NCBI GenBank assembly: GCA_023247035.1
Contig: JAHFHG010000001.1
Location: 2,021 to 66,020 of the forward strand
Source: Candidatus Omnitrophota bacterium
Lineage (GTDB): Bacteria > Omnitrophota > Omnitrophia > Omnitrophales > Aquincolibacteriaceae
Direction of reading: 5' to 3'
Length of the DNA: 64,000 nt
Shown here: positions 38,833 through 49,420 of the stretch, in pieces
Position numbering within the stretch: the first letter of the stretch is position 1
Layout of the letters: each line of letters starts with the position of its first letter
Translations under genes and position numbers: made by a program
The notes under the pieces: model-generated
Seen by the model: the letters and a program-made list of their open reading frames with translations, nothing else
Told to the model about the DNA's origin: nothing
The model's database searches: none

Positions 38833-38991
38833 AAATTAGCACGGCGCGCCTTTCAAGGGAAGGCGATTTTTAAAATCCGGGCCGCGGGCAGAACAGGCAG
38901 GCGAAAAGCCAAGGTTAAAGAAATCCAGAGAGCCTTACGATACACAACAGTAACCTTATCTTTAGAGAACCTTCAGCAAACAGGTCATGAG

Positions 38992-39750
38992 ATGAAAAAA
39001 GAATCAAAAAATTTTTCCCTTCCGGAACTCCGGCATGATGGCGAGCGTTTTTGGAAGGGCCAGAAAATGCTTGTCATTTCTCCCCACCCGGATGATGAGG
39101 CGTTCGGCTGCGGCGGCACAATGGCCAAGGCCAAGGCGCTGGGCTGTGAAGTCTATTTGATGGTATTTTCAGTTGGGGACCTGAATTTTTTCGAGAAGAA
39201 AAAGTGGGTCACAGCCCGGGAGCGTCTGCAAGAACTTAAGAAGGTTTCGAATATCCTCGGCTTAGACGGCTGCGAGGTTTTGTATACGGACGCGAAAACT
39301 CATCTGCGGCTTGACGCCATTCCCAGGCGGGATCTCATCGCGAAAATAGAGACGGAAAGCTCGGTTTCTTTAAACCGCATCCGCCCGACGATCCTTGCAA
39401 TCCCCGCGCCTTCTTATAATCAGGATCATGAAGCCGTCTTTAAAGCAGGCCTTGCGGCCGCGCGCATTCACGCCGGAGGAATCAAGGCCAACCCGCCGGC
39501 CGTTCTGGTTTACGACAGTCCGACGCTTTCGTGGAACGAAGCGGGGCGCGAATTCCGGCCGAATTTTTACGTGGACATTTCAGATTATTTGGAGATCAAA
39601 TTAAAATTGATCCGCACCTATTCCTCCCAGCGGCGCCATCCGAACGATCCCGCGAGTCTTGAAAGCCTGGAGGATCTTACCCGCGCGCGGGGAAGGGAAG
39701 CGGGGCGCGCTGCCTGCGAGGCTTTTGAAGCCCGCCGGCTTATTTTTTAG
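38992..39750 (+). CDS. PIG-L/LmbE family deacetylase
   Basis: SPHPDDEAFGCGG, NQDH, YVDIS. Confidence 0.9.
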   Translation: MKKESKNFSLPELRHDGERFWKGQKMLVISPHPDDEAFGCGGTMAKAKALGCEVYLMVFSVGDLNFFEKKKWVTARERLQELKKVSNILGLDGCEVLYTDAKTHLRLDAIPRRDLIAKIETESSVSLNRIRPTILAIPAPSYNQDHEAVFKAGLAAARIHAGGIKANPPAVLVYDSPTLSWNEAGREFRPNFYVDISDYLEIKLKLIRTYSSQRRHPNDPASLESLEDLTRARGREAGRAACEAFEARRLIF

Positions 39751-39752
39751 AA

Positions 39753-40475
39753 ATGCTTCTGACGGGGCATCAGCCGAACTACCTGCCTTATTTGGGCTTT
39801 TTCCACAAAATTTATCACGCCGGTATGTTTGTGATTGTAGACAATGTCCAGTTCGTCAAGCGGGGGCCCTTCGGCTGGATGAACCGGAACAAGATCCGGA
39901 CGGCGGAAGGCGCCCGGTGGCTGACGGTTCCGGTCCTCGTCAAAGGGAAGTTCGAGCAGCAAATCAAAGATACGAAAATTAATACGGCCCTGCCCTGGGC
40001 GAGAAAACACTGGAGAACGCTCGCGCGGAGCTATTCCAAAGCGCCCTACTTTACGCGATACGCCGATTTTTTTGACGAAACCTACAACAAAAAAAAATGG
40101 GAGAACTTTTGTGATTTGAGTACGCACCTTATTTTTTTTCTTCTTAAAGCTCTGGGGATAGACAGACCGGTCAAGATCGCCTCAGAGCTTGGAGGGCGCG
40201 GAAAAGGGGACGATCTCATTTTGGATCTCTGTGAGAAAACGGGCGCCGACGCGTACCTGCACGGCAAGCACGGTGCGGATTATATCGATGAGGAAAAATT
40301 CAGGGCGCGCGGCGTCGGGTGCGCGTATCAAAATTTCGAACATCCTGTTTACCGCCAGCAGCACTTGCCTTTTCTTTCGCATTTGTCCGTCGTGGATCTG
40401 CTTTTTAATCACGGCGCGGAAAGCCTGGAAATTTTATTGGGCCGGAAAATTTATTCTGAGAAAAAAATTTCATGA
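39753..40475 (+). CDS. WbqC family protein
   Basis: HQPNYLPYLGFF, WMNRNKI, YSKAPYF, LSVVDLLFN. Confidence 0.9.
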   Translation: MLLTGHQPNYLPYLGFFHKIYHAGMFVIVDNVQFVKRGPFGWMNRNKIRTAEGARWLTVPVLVKGKFEQQIKDTKINTALPWARKHWRTLARSYSKAPYFTRYADFFDETYNKKKWENFCDLSTHLIFFLLKALGIDRPVKIASELGGRGKGDDLILDLCEKTGADAYLHGKHGADYIDEEKFRARGVGCAYQNFEHPVYRQQHLPFLSHLSVVDLLFNHGAESLEILLGRKIYSEKKIS

Positions 40476-41515
40476 ATACGGCCTGGCTGTGGGCTTATCT
40501 TCGAGTTTTTGGAGCGGCAGTTTTAATCACGCTGGTCCTCACGCCTTGTGTCCGCTGGCTTGCTCCCAAGCTGGGTGCGATGGACCATCCTTCTGCAGTG
40601 AAGATTCATTTAAGGGCTACGCCGAGGCTGGGAGGCGCCGCTATTTTTTGCGGTTTTCTCATCAGCCTTTTAGGCCTGGGGATCATTACCGAAAGCCAGA
40701 AAGGGGTCCTGATCGGAGCCATTCTCGCGCACGGGATTGGATTTCTTGACGACACGCGCTCGGTTCCGGCCGCGATCAAACTTGCCGCCCTTTTTGTAAT
40801 TACCGCGTTCCTGGCCCGCTCCGGCGTGATGGTCCACCTTTGCCCTTTCCCGGTTGTCAATTTTATCCTCACGCTTTTGTGGATTGTGGGAGTCACAAGC
40901 GCCTTCAACGCAATGGACCATATGGACGGATTGGCTGCAGGACTGACCTTCTTCGCTTCGCTTGCTTACGCGTATGTTTCTTTTCAGAACGGGCAGTGGG
41001 CTTGGGGCCTTATGTCCGTGGCCTTGATGGGAAGCAGCCTGGGATTTCTTGCCTATAATTTCCCGCCCGCCTCCATTTTTATGGGAGATTCAGGAAGCTT
41101 TTTTCTGGGATACCTTTTGGCGGCGATGAGCATTATGGGCATTTGGTCGACGAATCCCATGAAATCAATGTTCGTCCCCGTTTTTATTTTGGGCCTGCCC
41201 ATCTTTGACTTGATTTATACGGTCATTCGCAGGCAGCGGAACCGGGTCACCCGATCCTTGAATCAAATTGTGACTTTCAGCGGCAAGGATCATTTCTCCC
41301 ACCGCCTCCTCAAAATGGGGATGACACAGCGCCAAGCGCTTTTTTTCAGCTACGCGGCGGCCTTTGCCTTGAGCCTCGGAGCCGTGACGATCCGCTACGT
41401 TTTTAAAGTGGAGGCGATCCTGCTGGCCGTTCAATACCTGATCACTATTTTTTTGATCGTGATCCTGATGGAATTCGTTGACAGAAAGTCAAAAAAGCCG
41501 ATAGAATCCCGTTAA
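40472..41515 (+). CDS. Undecaprenyl-phosphate GlcNAc-1-phosphate transferase (WecA/TagO, MraY family)
   Basis: KIH..TPRLGG, GFLDD, DHMDGL, NFPPASIFMGDSGS, DHFSHRL. Confidence 0.9.
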   Translation: MNTAWLWAYLRVFGAAVLITLVLTPCVRWLAPKLGAMDHPSAVKIHLRATPRLGGAAIFCGFLISLLGLGIITESQKGVLIGAILAHGIGFLDDTRSVPAAIKLAALFVITAFLARSGVMVHLCPFPVVNFILTLLWIVGVTSAFNAMDHMDGLAAGLTFFASLAYAYVSFQNGQWAWGLMSVALMGSSLGFLAYNFPPASIFMGDSGSFFLGYLLAAMSIMGIWSTNPMKSMFVPVFILGLPIFDLIYTVIRRQRNRVTRSLNQIVTFSGKDHFSHRLLKMGMTQRQALFFSYAAAFALSLGAVTIRYVFKVEAILLAVQYLITIFLIVILMEFVDRKSKKPIESR

Positions 41516-42321
41516 TGTATCTCGCCTATTGGGGATTTAACGAGGAGCCCTTTCAGAACACTTCCGACCCAAAATTTTTTTGTTTCTCCGAGCAGCATGA
41601 AGAAGCTCTAAGCCGCCTCCGGTACGCGGTTCAGGAATATAAAGCCTGCGCGCTTTTGACGGGTATTTTCGGCTCGGGGAAGACGCTTCTGGCGCAGACG
41701 CTTTTGGACAATCTTCCGCCGGACAAGTTTGCGCGCGCGTTTATTTTTAATCCTCAGTTGAATTCCGTTGAAATTTTAAGAGAAATCATTTATCAGCTTG
41801 GAATCCACGACAACCTTCCGGAACAAAAAACCGATATCCTTCACCGCCTAACGGATATTTTAAATGACAATTACGCGGAGGGAAGGCACACCGTGATTAT
41901 CGTGGATGAAGCCCACTTGATCGAGGACCGGCTTCTTTTTGAGGAACTGCGCCTGCTTTTGAATTTTCAAAAGCGCGATAAATTTTTGCTGACGCTCATC
42001 CTGATCGGACAGCCCGAGCTGCGCGACAAAATCACGCATCTGAAACCCTTTGATCAAAGGGTTTCGATCCGCTTTCATCTTAAGGGCCTTACCCTTGAAG
42101 AAACCAAGGCTTATATCCTCCACAGGCTGCGCGTGGCGGGAGCCGCCCGCCCTATTTTTGAAGAAGAAACGTTTACGGCCATTCACGAATCCACGGGCGG
42201 AATCCCCCGGCGCATCAACCAAGTCTGCGACCTGGCCCTCTTGGCCGGTTTTGGGATGAAGGCCCAGGAGATTAATGTTTCGATTATCCAGGAAGTGGTT
42301 ATGGACCCTCAGACTTTATGA
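41515..42321 (+). CDS. ExeA/GspA-like AAA ATPase
   Basis: WGFNEEPF, GIFGSGKT, IVDEAH, LIGQPEL, GGIPRRINQVCD. Confidence 0.9.
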   Translation: MYLAYWGFNEEPFQNTSDPKFFCFSEQHEEALSRLRYAVQEYKACALLTGIFGSGKTLLAQTLLDNLPPDKFARAFIFNPQLNSVEILREIIYQLGIHDNLPEQKTDILHRLTDILNDNYAEGRHTVIIVDEAHLIEDRLLFEELRLLLNFQKRDKFLLTLILIGQPELRDKITHLKPFDQRVSIRFHLKGLTLEETKAYILHRLRVAGAARPIFEEETFTAIHESTGGIPRRINQVCDLALLAGFGMKAQEINVSIIQEVVMDPQTL

Positions 42322-42342
42322 GCAGCAGAGGAGATTTGAAAA

Positions 42343-43923
42343 ATGCGGCTTTCTGAATTCATGAAAGAGGCACCTTCGCCGGCCAGGACTAAAAAAAAGG
42401 CAACCGCTCTTTCCATTCCCTCTCCTTTAGGACTTCCTGAGCAAATTTCGGCCCTTGAAAAAGATATCCGGCAGCGGCTTGAAAAGGAATTTCAAACCCG
42501 ATTCGAAGGGATCGAGAACGAAAAACAGGAGATGTCCCGGCAAATCCAGGAATTGAAGAAAAAAAGCGAAGGATTGCAGGGGCGGACGGACCCGGGCCTT
42601 AAAACGGATCCGGCGCGTCAGATCGAATCCGAACGCCGGCAAATGAATCTTGAAATGGAGCGCCTTAAGGATCAGATCCTGAAGAAAGAGGAGGAAATAC
42701 GGGAGAGGGAAAGGCTCTTTTCCGATGAAATGGCGCGGCATCTTGAGATCGAGAAGATGAAAGCTGAAGAAAAGCTGCGGCCGCCAAAGATTGCGGAGGC
42801 GGAAAAGAAAGAGGAAGGGCCCGTACCGCAGCCTGAAAAAGAAGAAGCTCCGGACCGAACGGCCGTGACCGCCTCGCCGGAGATCGGAATTCCCGATGAA
42901 AAAACGCTTAAAGCAAGGGAAATTTACGCCGGCCTGATTGACGCGGGGCAGAATATTTTTGACCAAATTGCGCGCAAACAGCCGCTGGAAATTTCCCTGT
43001 TTCAGACCTCCGTGCGCACCTTGGTGGAGTTCGCTCTTAAAAACGACGCGGATCTGATTGAGGCCGTTCTGGAAGAGTATCCCGACTCGAGCTATTTTGC
43101 CTATCACGCCGCCAATTGCGCGATTCTGAGCGTGATCCTGGGGCTTGATTTTAAATTGTCCAAGAATCAGCTCGAAGAGCTCTCGTTCGCGGCTTTTTTC
43201 CATGACGCCGGGCTTCTGGGAATTCGTGAGAACCTGGATTATCCGAAGCAGTTGACGCCTGAGCTTCAAAGTGAAGTTCTCCGGCATCCGGAGCGAGGGG
43301 CCAAGATCCTGCAGGGAGCTCTCCCCGAGTGCGTGGTGAATGCCGTTTTGCAGCATCATGAAACGATCAACGGCAGGGGATATCCTCAGGGCCTCGCCGA
43401 AGAGAAAATTCACTTGTATGCAAAACTTATTCAGGTTGCGGATTCGTTCGAGGCGATGACTCACTTCCGCCCTTACCGTAAAAATCCCATGCCGGTCCAT
43501 GAAGCGATTAAAGAAATGATCGAAAAAGGGCGGGGCGTTTATGACCGGGAGGTTTTAAAAGCCCTCCTGGGAAGGATCGGGCTTTATCCCGTAATGTCGC
43601 TTGTGGAACTGAGCAATAAACAAATCGGCAGAGTCGTCCGCCAGCATCCCCGTTTTCCCCTAAGCCCTGTGGTTTGCATCGAATTCGATGAGGCGGGAAA
43701 TAAACTGAGCCGTCCCCTCGTTATGGATTTGACAAAAAATCAGCTGATTCACATTGTGAATCCCTTGAAGGCCGTTTCTTCTTATGCCAAAGTCCGGATG
43801 GAACACGAACAAAGCCAGAGCGAAAAAAAGTATAAGACGGTCACCGCGATCCAGGAATTCCTTCCCTTTGTTCTGATTGTCGCGATCCTGGCTTTGCTGA
43901 TTTATATTGTTTTTAAAATTTAG
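42343..43923 (+). CDS. HD-GYP domain protein with an N-terminal coiled coil and C-terminal TM
   Basis: FHDAG, HHETINGRGYPQG, ADSFEAM..RPYR; hydrophobic C-terminal segment. Confidence 0.88.
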   Translation: MRLSEFMKEAPSPARTKKKATALSIPSPLGLPEQISALEKDIRQRLEKEFQTRFEGIENEKQEMSRQIQELKKKSEGLQGRTDPGLKTDPARQIESERRQMNLEMERLKDQILKKEEEIRERERLFSDEMARHLEIEKMKAEEKLRPPKIAEAEKKEEGPVPQPEKEEAPDRTAVTASPEIGIPDEKTLKAREIYAGLIDAGQNIFDQIARKQPLEISLFQTSVRTLVEFALKNDADLIEAVLEEYPDSSYFAYHAANCAILSVILGLDFKLSKNQLEELSFAAFFHDAGLLGIRENLDYPKQLTPELQSEVLRHPERGAKILQGALPECVVNAVLQHHETINGRGYPQGLAEEKIHLYAKLIQVADSFEAMTHFRPYRKNPMPVHEAIKEMIEKGRGVYDREVLKALLGRIGLYPVMSLVELSNKQIGRVVRQHPRFPLSPVVCIEFDEAGNKLSRPLVMDLTKNQLIHIVNPLKAVSSYAKVRMEHEQSQSEKKYKTVTAIQEFLPFVLIVAILALLIYIVFKI

Positions 43924-43970
43924 CGCCTTTCTTCAATCCGCAATCCTTGAAGCCCCGGCCTGTAGAGGAA

Positions 43971-44942
43971 TTAAAAATCTAAGCCGCCGCGGGCGCCGCT
44001 GGTTTTTGAACAATCGGCCGGAGAATGTTCAAGCCTCGAAAGAATATGATGAATTTCCTCCTTAAGATTGCCTTGGAATTCAAAGCCGCAGTTTGCCAGG
44101 CGTTTAGAAGACACTTCATACGACCACTCATTCATTAAAGCGGAATCGACGAAGCGAAGGGCAAGCGAGGGAATCCTCCGGCGGATGATTTGGATAATTT
44201 CCTCAACCGTTGAATGAGTGGTCGCGGCATTGTAGATATCTCCGCCAAAGAGCCTGTTCTGGATTACAAATTCAATGGCACGCACGGCATCTTTTAATTC
44301 GAGATAGGGCCTGCGCCGGCGAAAAGCCGTGCGCCAGACCGTCACCGGCTGATGAGCCGCGGCCTGCCGGCAGAACTTATGGACGGCCGTCTGAAACTGC
44401 ATCCCGGGAGAGACTCCAAAAATGGAGGCGAATCGGAAAATCACGGACTCAAGTTTTCCTTGATCCGTAAATCCGCGGATCAACCGTTCGGCCTTGAGCT
44501 TCGATTGAGCATAAGGACTTTGAGGGTTTAAATCTTCCGCCGTTTCTTCCTCGGCGGTTCCTTCTTTCTTTCCGTAAACACTTGTCGTTGAGATGAAAAC
44601 CAGCGGAGCGCCGACGCTCGCGCAGGCCTTCGCCACCCTTTCCGTTCCGTAAACGTTCACTTCTTCCATTGTTTCAAGCGAGTCCGCAGGAAGGGGATGC
44701 GTGATTGCGGCGAGGTGCACCACCGCACGGGCTCCTTCAAAGAGGGCGCAAAGATCGGCGTCCAGGATGTCGGCTTCGAGGAAACGGTAATTCCCTTCGC
44801 AAGGCAAATCCAAGAGCGAGCCGTAACGCCTGCTGTAGAGATTATCAAGCATCAGAATTGCTGATCCAGGAAAGGAAAAAGGCAGGCCGCGGATCAGCCT
44901 TGAACCCATTTGACCTAATGCGCCCGTCACGACAATTTTCAT
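43971..44942 (-). CDS. NAD-dependent epimerase/dehydratase (extended SDR)
   Basis: TGALGQMG, HLAA, STTSVYG, YAQSK. Confidence 0.9.
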   Translation of the reverse strand: MKIVVTGALGQMGSRLIRGLPFSFPGSAILMLDNLYSRRYGSLLDLPCEGNYRFLEADILDADLCALFEGARAVVHLAAITHPLPADSLETMEEVNVYGTERVAKACASVGAPLVFISTTSVYGKKEGTAEEETAEDLNPQSPYAQSKLKAERLIRGFTDQGKLESVIFRFASIFGVSPGMQFQTAVHKFCRQAAAHQPVTVWRTAFRRRRPYLELKDAVRAIEFVIQNRLFGGDIYNAATTHSTVEEIIQIIRRRIPSLALRFVDSALMNEWSYEVSSKRLANCGFEFQGNLKEEIHHILSRLEHSPADCSKTSGARGGLDF

Positions 44943-46033
44943 GCCGCTCCGCGATCCTCCGGCTTGGAATCCTGATGAAAGCGTCTCAGCGTCGCGTCGA
45001 TTCCTTCGTCAAAAGAGTAAGCAGGAACCCACCCCGTCAGCTCGGTAAAATGATAAGGATTCGCCACAAAATTTCTGCATTCAATTGCGGATAAAAGAGA
45101 GGGGGGCTCCGCCGCTTCGACGGGCGCTCTCCGTCCGGTAAGGATTTTTGCCCGGTCTGCCGCCAAATGAAAGGCATCCCAAAGAGTGTATCCTTTGCCC
45201 GTCCCGATGACGCAGTGCTGCCCGTTGAGTTTGCCGATAAGGTCTCCAGCCAGAAGGAAAGCCCTGAGCGCATCTTCAATATAAAGGTAGTCGCGCATCT
45301 GAGTGCCCGGACCGTAGACCGATAATTTCTCGCCGGCCAGCGCCTTACGGATGATTTGATTCAGAACGCCGCGCTCCGGGCTGCCGGACGCAGGGCTTGG
45401 CCCGTAAACATTCGGGAGCCTCAGGCTTACGGCGCGCACAAGGCCTCGATCCGCGTAGAGTTTCAGATACTGCTCCGCCATCAGCTTATGAAGGTCATAA
45501 AAAGTCGCGGGCCGGTCGGGATGAGTTTCGTCCACAGGGAGCCTTTCGGGGATTCCTGCTTGAGTGACCGTTCCCGCAAAAATAATGTCCAAATTTTTTT
45601 TCTTTTTTCTGCAGGTTTCAAGGAGCTGGCAAACCGGCAGACAATTGACCGAAAAATCTTCCGAAGGATTTTTTTCAGAGAAAACGGCGCTTGTCTGGGC
45701 CGCCAAATGAAAGAGGATGTCCGCCTCCAAAATAAGATCATGCCATAAACCGGCGTCGCGAAGATCGGCGGTTCTGTCCTTGAATCGCGCGGCGCGGCCG
45801 ACGGGAGCGGTAAAATTTCCGTTGCGGCTCAGGCGCATAATTTCGCAGTCGATCCCGGACAACTTTTCGACGAGGCGGGCGCCCAGATATCCGTTCGCGC
45901 CCGTGACGAGAATTTTTTTCTTCTCATAAGAGGCCGGTATCGTGCCGTCAAACGCGCGTCTCTGCAGGCCGGCTTGATTGGAAATCGGCCCTTTTCCCCC
46001 GGGATCAGCCGAGGATTTTAACTTCAGGGACAT
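44939..46033 (-). CDS. NAD-dependent epimerase/dehydratase
   Basis: TGANGYLG, HLAA, YDLHK, NVYGP, RDYLYIED. Start uncertain. Confidence 0.88.
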   Translation of the reverse strand: MSLKLKSSADPGGKGPISNQAGLQRRAFDGTIPASYEKKKILVTGANGYLGARLVEKLSGIDCEIMRLSRNGNFTAPVGRAARFKDRTADLRDAGLWHDLILEADILFHLAAQTSAVFSEKNPSEDFSVNCLPVCQLLETCRKKKKNLDIIFAGTVTQAGIPERLPVDETHPDRPATFYDLHKLMAEQYLKLYADRGLVRAVSLRLPNVYGPSPASGSPERGVLNQIIRKALAGEKLSVYGPGTQMRDYLYIEDALRAFLLAGDLIGKLNGQHCVIGTGKGYTLWDAFHLAADRAKILTGRRAPVEAAEPPSLLSAIECRNFVANPYHFTELTGWVPAYSFDEGIDATLRRFHQDSKPEDRGAA

Positions 46034-47228
46034 AGGCAATCCATTTTCCTCCTTGGGCCGTGAATTCTTTTTCTTTTTCCAGAATTTCTTTCGCGTGATT
46101 CCACGCAAAGAGGAGCGCGAAATCCGGATAAGGAGCGCGGAAGGCGCGGGAAGGGACAATAGGAAGGTGAGCGCCCGGGCTGAACTTTCCCTGTTTCGCC
46201 GGAGTCGAATCGCAGATGGCTTCAACGAATTCGCGGCCGATCCCGCAAAAGTTAAGCACGGTCGTACTCTTGGAAGCGGCCCCGTAGCCCAGGACGCGTT
46301 TTCTTTTTTGTTTCAGATCCGTTAAAAGGCGCACCAAATCTTTTTTAGATTTTCCGCACCGGATTCTGAATTTTTCATAGGTCGAGAAATCCGCAACGCC
46401 CGATTTTTTTTCCGCGGCAAAGAGTTTCTCAACGCCCTTGGACGGAACATGCTCTCCCTCGCGGGCAACGGTATAACGCATCGATCCGCCGTGCGTTTGC
46501 TGCGGGTTAACGTCAATCACCCGCAGGCCGTGAGGCTGAAGAGCGTTCTGTAAGGACGTCAGGGAAAAAACAAAGGCGTGTTCATCATAGATTTGGTCGT
46601 AGGAGGTTTGGCGAAGCATATCGCAGAGGTAAGGATCTTCAAAAATCGCGACTCCTTTGGTTTTCAGGAGAATGCGGATCCCTTCCAGGGCGGAGTGGAG
46701 GTAAGAAATATGGCACATCACGTTGGCGGCCAGAAAAACGTCGGCCGGCCCGGAATCACGCACAATGTGCAAGGCCAGCGCTTCATCGAAAAAACCCGAG
46801 TGAACCTGGACGCCGTGTTCTTGGGCGGCGCGAGCGACGCCGGCGGAGGGCTCGATTCCTAAGTGGCGAATACCGGCTTCGGAGAAGTGTTTCAGCAGTG
46901 TGCCGTCGTTCGTGCCGATTTCAACGACAAAGGCCGTTGGATCGGGAATGAAATGTTCCAGGACATCCCGGGCTAAGGATTGGAAGTGAGAAGCCATATG
47001 GGAGGAACTTCCGGAAAGAAAAGGATAGCCGTCGTGAAACATGGATTCCCTGGCCGGCTGATCCAGGAGCTGGACCATTTTACACGAAGGGCAAAACGCG
47101 GCTTTTAAGTCGAAAAAGATTTCGCCCGCGAACTCCTCTTCGGACAGAAACGCATTGGCCTTGGGCATCGGCCCCAAATCCAAAAAAGGCTCGATCGGGA
47201 AGCCGCAGATCAGGCAGTTTTTTCCCAT
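46005..47228 (-). CDS. NDP-hexose C-methyltransferase (TylCIII/NovU-like)
   Basis: Zn site CLIC..CPSC, EIGTNDG, YDEH, HGGSMRY, GYGAASK, LFAWNH. Confidence 0.88.
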   Translation of the reverse strand: MGKNCLICGFPIEPFLDLGPMPKANAFLSEEEFAGEIFFDLKAAFCPSCKMVQLLDQPARESMFHDGYPFLSGSSSHMASHFQSLARDVLEHFIPDPTAFVVEIGTNDGTLLKHFSEAGIRHLGIEPSAGVARAAQEHGVQVHSGFFDEALALHIVRDSGPADVFLAANVMCHISYLHSALEGIRILLKTKGVAIFEDPYLCDMLRQTSYDQIYDEHAFVFSLTSLQNALQPHGLRVIDVNPQQTHGGSMRYTVAREGEHVPSKGVEKLFAAEKKSGVADFSTYEKFRIRCGKSKKDLVRLLTDLKQKRKRVLGYGAASKSTTVLNFCGIGREFVEAICDSTPAKQGKFSPGAHLPIVPSRAFRAPYPDFALLFAWNHAKEILEKEKEFTAQGGKWIAYVPEVKILG

Positions 47229-47231
47229 GAT

Positions 47232-47996
47232 TTAGAAAGACACGAGGAGGCCCGGCCTTCCGGCATTCATCGTAAGGCTTTCCGGCACAATCGTGGCGTT
47301 GAGATTCAGGCGCCGGATCAATGCCGCAAGTTCTTTTTCCGAAAAAATAAGCGTCTTGGCGGTCTTGCCGAAAGTCCGGTAGTCGCCGCCGGAAAAATAA
47401 TTTTCGAGAACGCCTTCCTTAAAGAGTTTATAGAGATAACCTTCTCGAAGTCCCAGCAGGATAGACCGAAGCGCGTCTCCGAAGGACTGCCAAGGGTTTC
47501 TGCTTAAAGGGATATCCGCGATGAGCAAACGCGCGCCGGGCCGCGCAATTCGTTTGGCATTTTGGATCATGTTTTCAATTTCCCGGATATTCCGGTAGTA
47601 CTGGACGACGCTGACAAAAAGGAACAGGGTGAAATTTTTTTTGCAGAAATCGAAGTCCGTATAATCGCCTTCTATTTGCCGGACGGTGACGTTTGCAGAG
47701 GCCCTGCAATTTTTCTTGCACATTTCCACGAAGCGCGGCGAAGTATCCAGCGCGTGAAGGCTCTTTACGTGCGGCGCGAGGAGGGATTCCAAATGGCCCG
47801 TCCCGCAGCCGACTGTCAGGACCTCATCTTCAGGTTGAAGGGCGACAACGGCTTTGAAGCGGTTGAAGAAAATTCGCGCGTTGATCTCCCACAATTCGGA
47901 GGAGGTCCAAAACTGGTCCTGATTCCAGTATTCGATCCAGCCGGAAGGGATCTCAGGCGGCGCATTGGATTTGGCATTCAAGACGGAGGGCGTCAT
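47232..47996 (-). CDS. Class I SAM-dependent methyltransferase
   Basis: VGCGTG, LDTS, SVVQY, PGARLLIADI. Confidence 0.82.
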   Translation of the reverse strand: MTPSVLNAKSNAPPEIPSGWIEYWNQDQFWTSSELWEINARIFFNRFKAVVALQPEDEVLTVGCGTGHLESLLAPHVKSLHALDTSPRFVEMCKKNCRASANVTVRQIEGDYTDFDFCKKNFTLFLFVSVVQYYRNIREIENMIQNAKRIARPGARLLIADIPLSRNPWQSFGDALRSILLGLREGYLYKLFKEGVLENYFSGGDYRTFGKTAKTLIFSEKELAALIRRLNLNATIVPESLTMNAGRPGLLVSF

Positions 47997-49420
47997 TGGG
48001 CAAACTCCGCCGGGCTTAGCGCGGATTCCGTTTCCGGCCGTAAAATTTTTTCGCCGTTCAAGAGTTTCTCCGCCAAGTCGAAAGCCCGGCGCATACATTG
48101 ATCCGCGTCCCCGTAAAGAAATTCACCCGATCGGCCCAAGGTATAAAAATTCCGTTTGTTTTGGATGAATTCCATAAGCGCCGCCAAATGTCCGGCATAA
48201 TTTTTCCGGTAAATAGGATAAGCATAAGGCGCCTTGACGAGCAAAAGCCGGCTTACGTCTTGGCGCTTTAAAAAACCGTCTTGCGACAAACTTTCGATGC
48301 AGCGCTCGAATAATTTTTCTTTCGAGGCATTCCAAATCTCGTCTCCGCGCCGGCAGGGGATTTCCGCTGCAAGAATGTTTTCACCTTCAGGACTGGTGCG
48401 CTCGCTGAACTTATTCATTTCGGTAATCCGGTTATAAGGCCGGTGGAGGAGATAAAGGTAATCGCAAGGCAGAATGTTTTGTTTTTGCGTCGCCATTCCA
48501 AGCATCAGAAGAGGCCGGTAGTCCAATTTCGAAGCGGCTTCCAGCACGGCGGCGGGCGGCGGCGGATCAAAAGAATGAATCAGGATCGGCAGGGGAAGGG
48601 TGGAAATAACGCAATGTCCCGCGGCCCATTTTTCCCGCCCCTCTTTTTCATATTCAATTTCAAAACCCCCGTCCGGAAGCTGATGAATGCCCGTCACGCG
48701 GCAGGAAAGCCGGAGCCGGCCGCCTCGTGAAAGAAACCGGTTTGCCATCCTCTCTGAAATTTCTCCGTAGCCGGTCGAGGGATAATAGGTGGGAAGCCGC
48801 TCGCGGTCAATGATCGAAAGCGAATGGACGCCGTTGTATTTTTTGAGCAAATGCCCGAGCGTTTTCAAAAAACTCAGGCGGGTGTGGCTCGGGATCGAGC
48901 GCGCCGAAAGTTCGCAGGCCGGTATTTTCCAAAATTGCTCCGTGTAGGGTTTGAAAAAAGTTTGATAAAGGTAGTCTCCGAAGTTCTGCTTCGCCCATTC
49001 CTCGACGCTTTGATTCTCAAGATTATTTTGCGCCGCTTTTTCGGGATCGAAGAGTTTCGCCTTAAGCAGGCTTAGCAGGGCGCGCAAGCCGGGCCCCGGC
49101 CCCATTTGAAAAAGAATATGGAATGCGGTCAGCGGGTAGTCCAGGTAATTTCCTTCGAAATAGAATTTGACGCGGCGCGTTTTTCCCTTCAAGGGCGGGT
49201 CAAACAATTCGCGGACCGTGCGGGATATTTCCTCATCTTCCGAAAAAAAGGAATGAGGCCCGAAGTCTAAAGAGTAGCCGTCTTCGCGAAGGGTTCCGGC
49301 CAGGCCGCCGGGCCGGCAGGAGGCCTCGAGGATTTCGGCGGCGGCGCCTGCAGAAGCCAGTTTCCAGCCGAGAGTCAGACCGGAAATACCTCCGCCCAGA
49401 ATCAGGTATCGATTTTCCAT
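47993..49420 (-). CDS. FAD-dependent oxidoreductase (protoporphyrinogen oxidase/UGM-like) of a sugar cluster
   Basis: ILGGGISGL, GGLAGT, DFGPHSF, YTEQFW, AYPIY, GRSGEF. Start chosen from the promoter position; 49432 and 49429 are alternatives. Confidence 0.85.
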   Translation of the reverse strand: MENRYLILGGGISGLTLGWKLASAGAAAEILEASCRPGGLAGTLREDGYSLDFGPHSFFSEDEEISRTVRELFDPPLKGKTRRVKFYFEGNYLDYPLTAFHILFQMGPGPGLRALLSLLKAKLFDPEKAAQNNLENQSVEEWAKQNFGDYLYQTFFKPYTEQFWKIPACELSARSIPSHTRLSFLKTLGHLLKKYNGVHSLSIIDRERLPTYYPSTGYGEISERMANRFLSRGGRLRLSCRVTGIHQLPDGGFEIEYEKEGREKWAAGHCVISTLPLPILIHSFDPPPPAAVLEAASKLDYRPLLMLGMATQKQNILPCDYLYLLHRPYNRITEMNKFSERTSPEGENILAAEIPCRRGDEIWNASKEKLFERCIESLSQDGFLKRQDVSRLLLVKAPYAYPIYRKNYAGHLAALMEFIQNKRNFYTLGRSGEFLYGDADQCMRRAFDLAEKLLNGEKILRPETESALSPAEFAQ

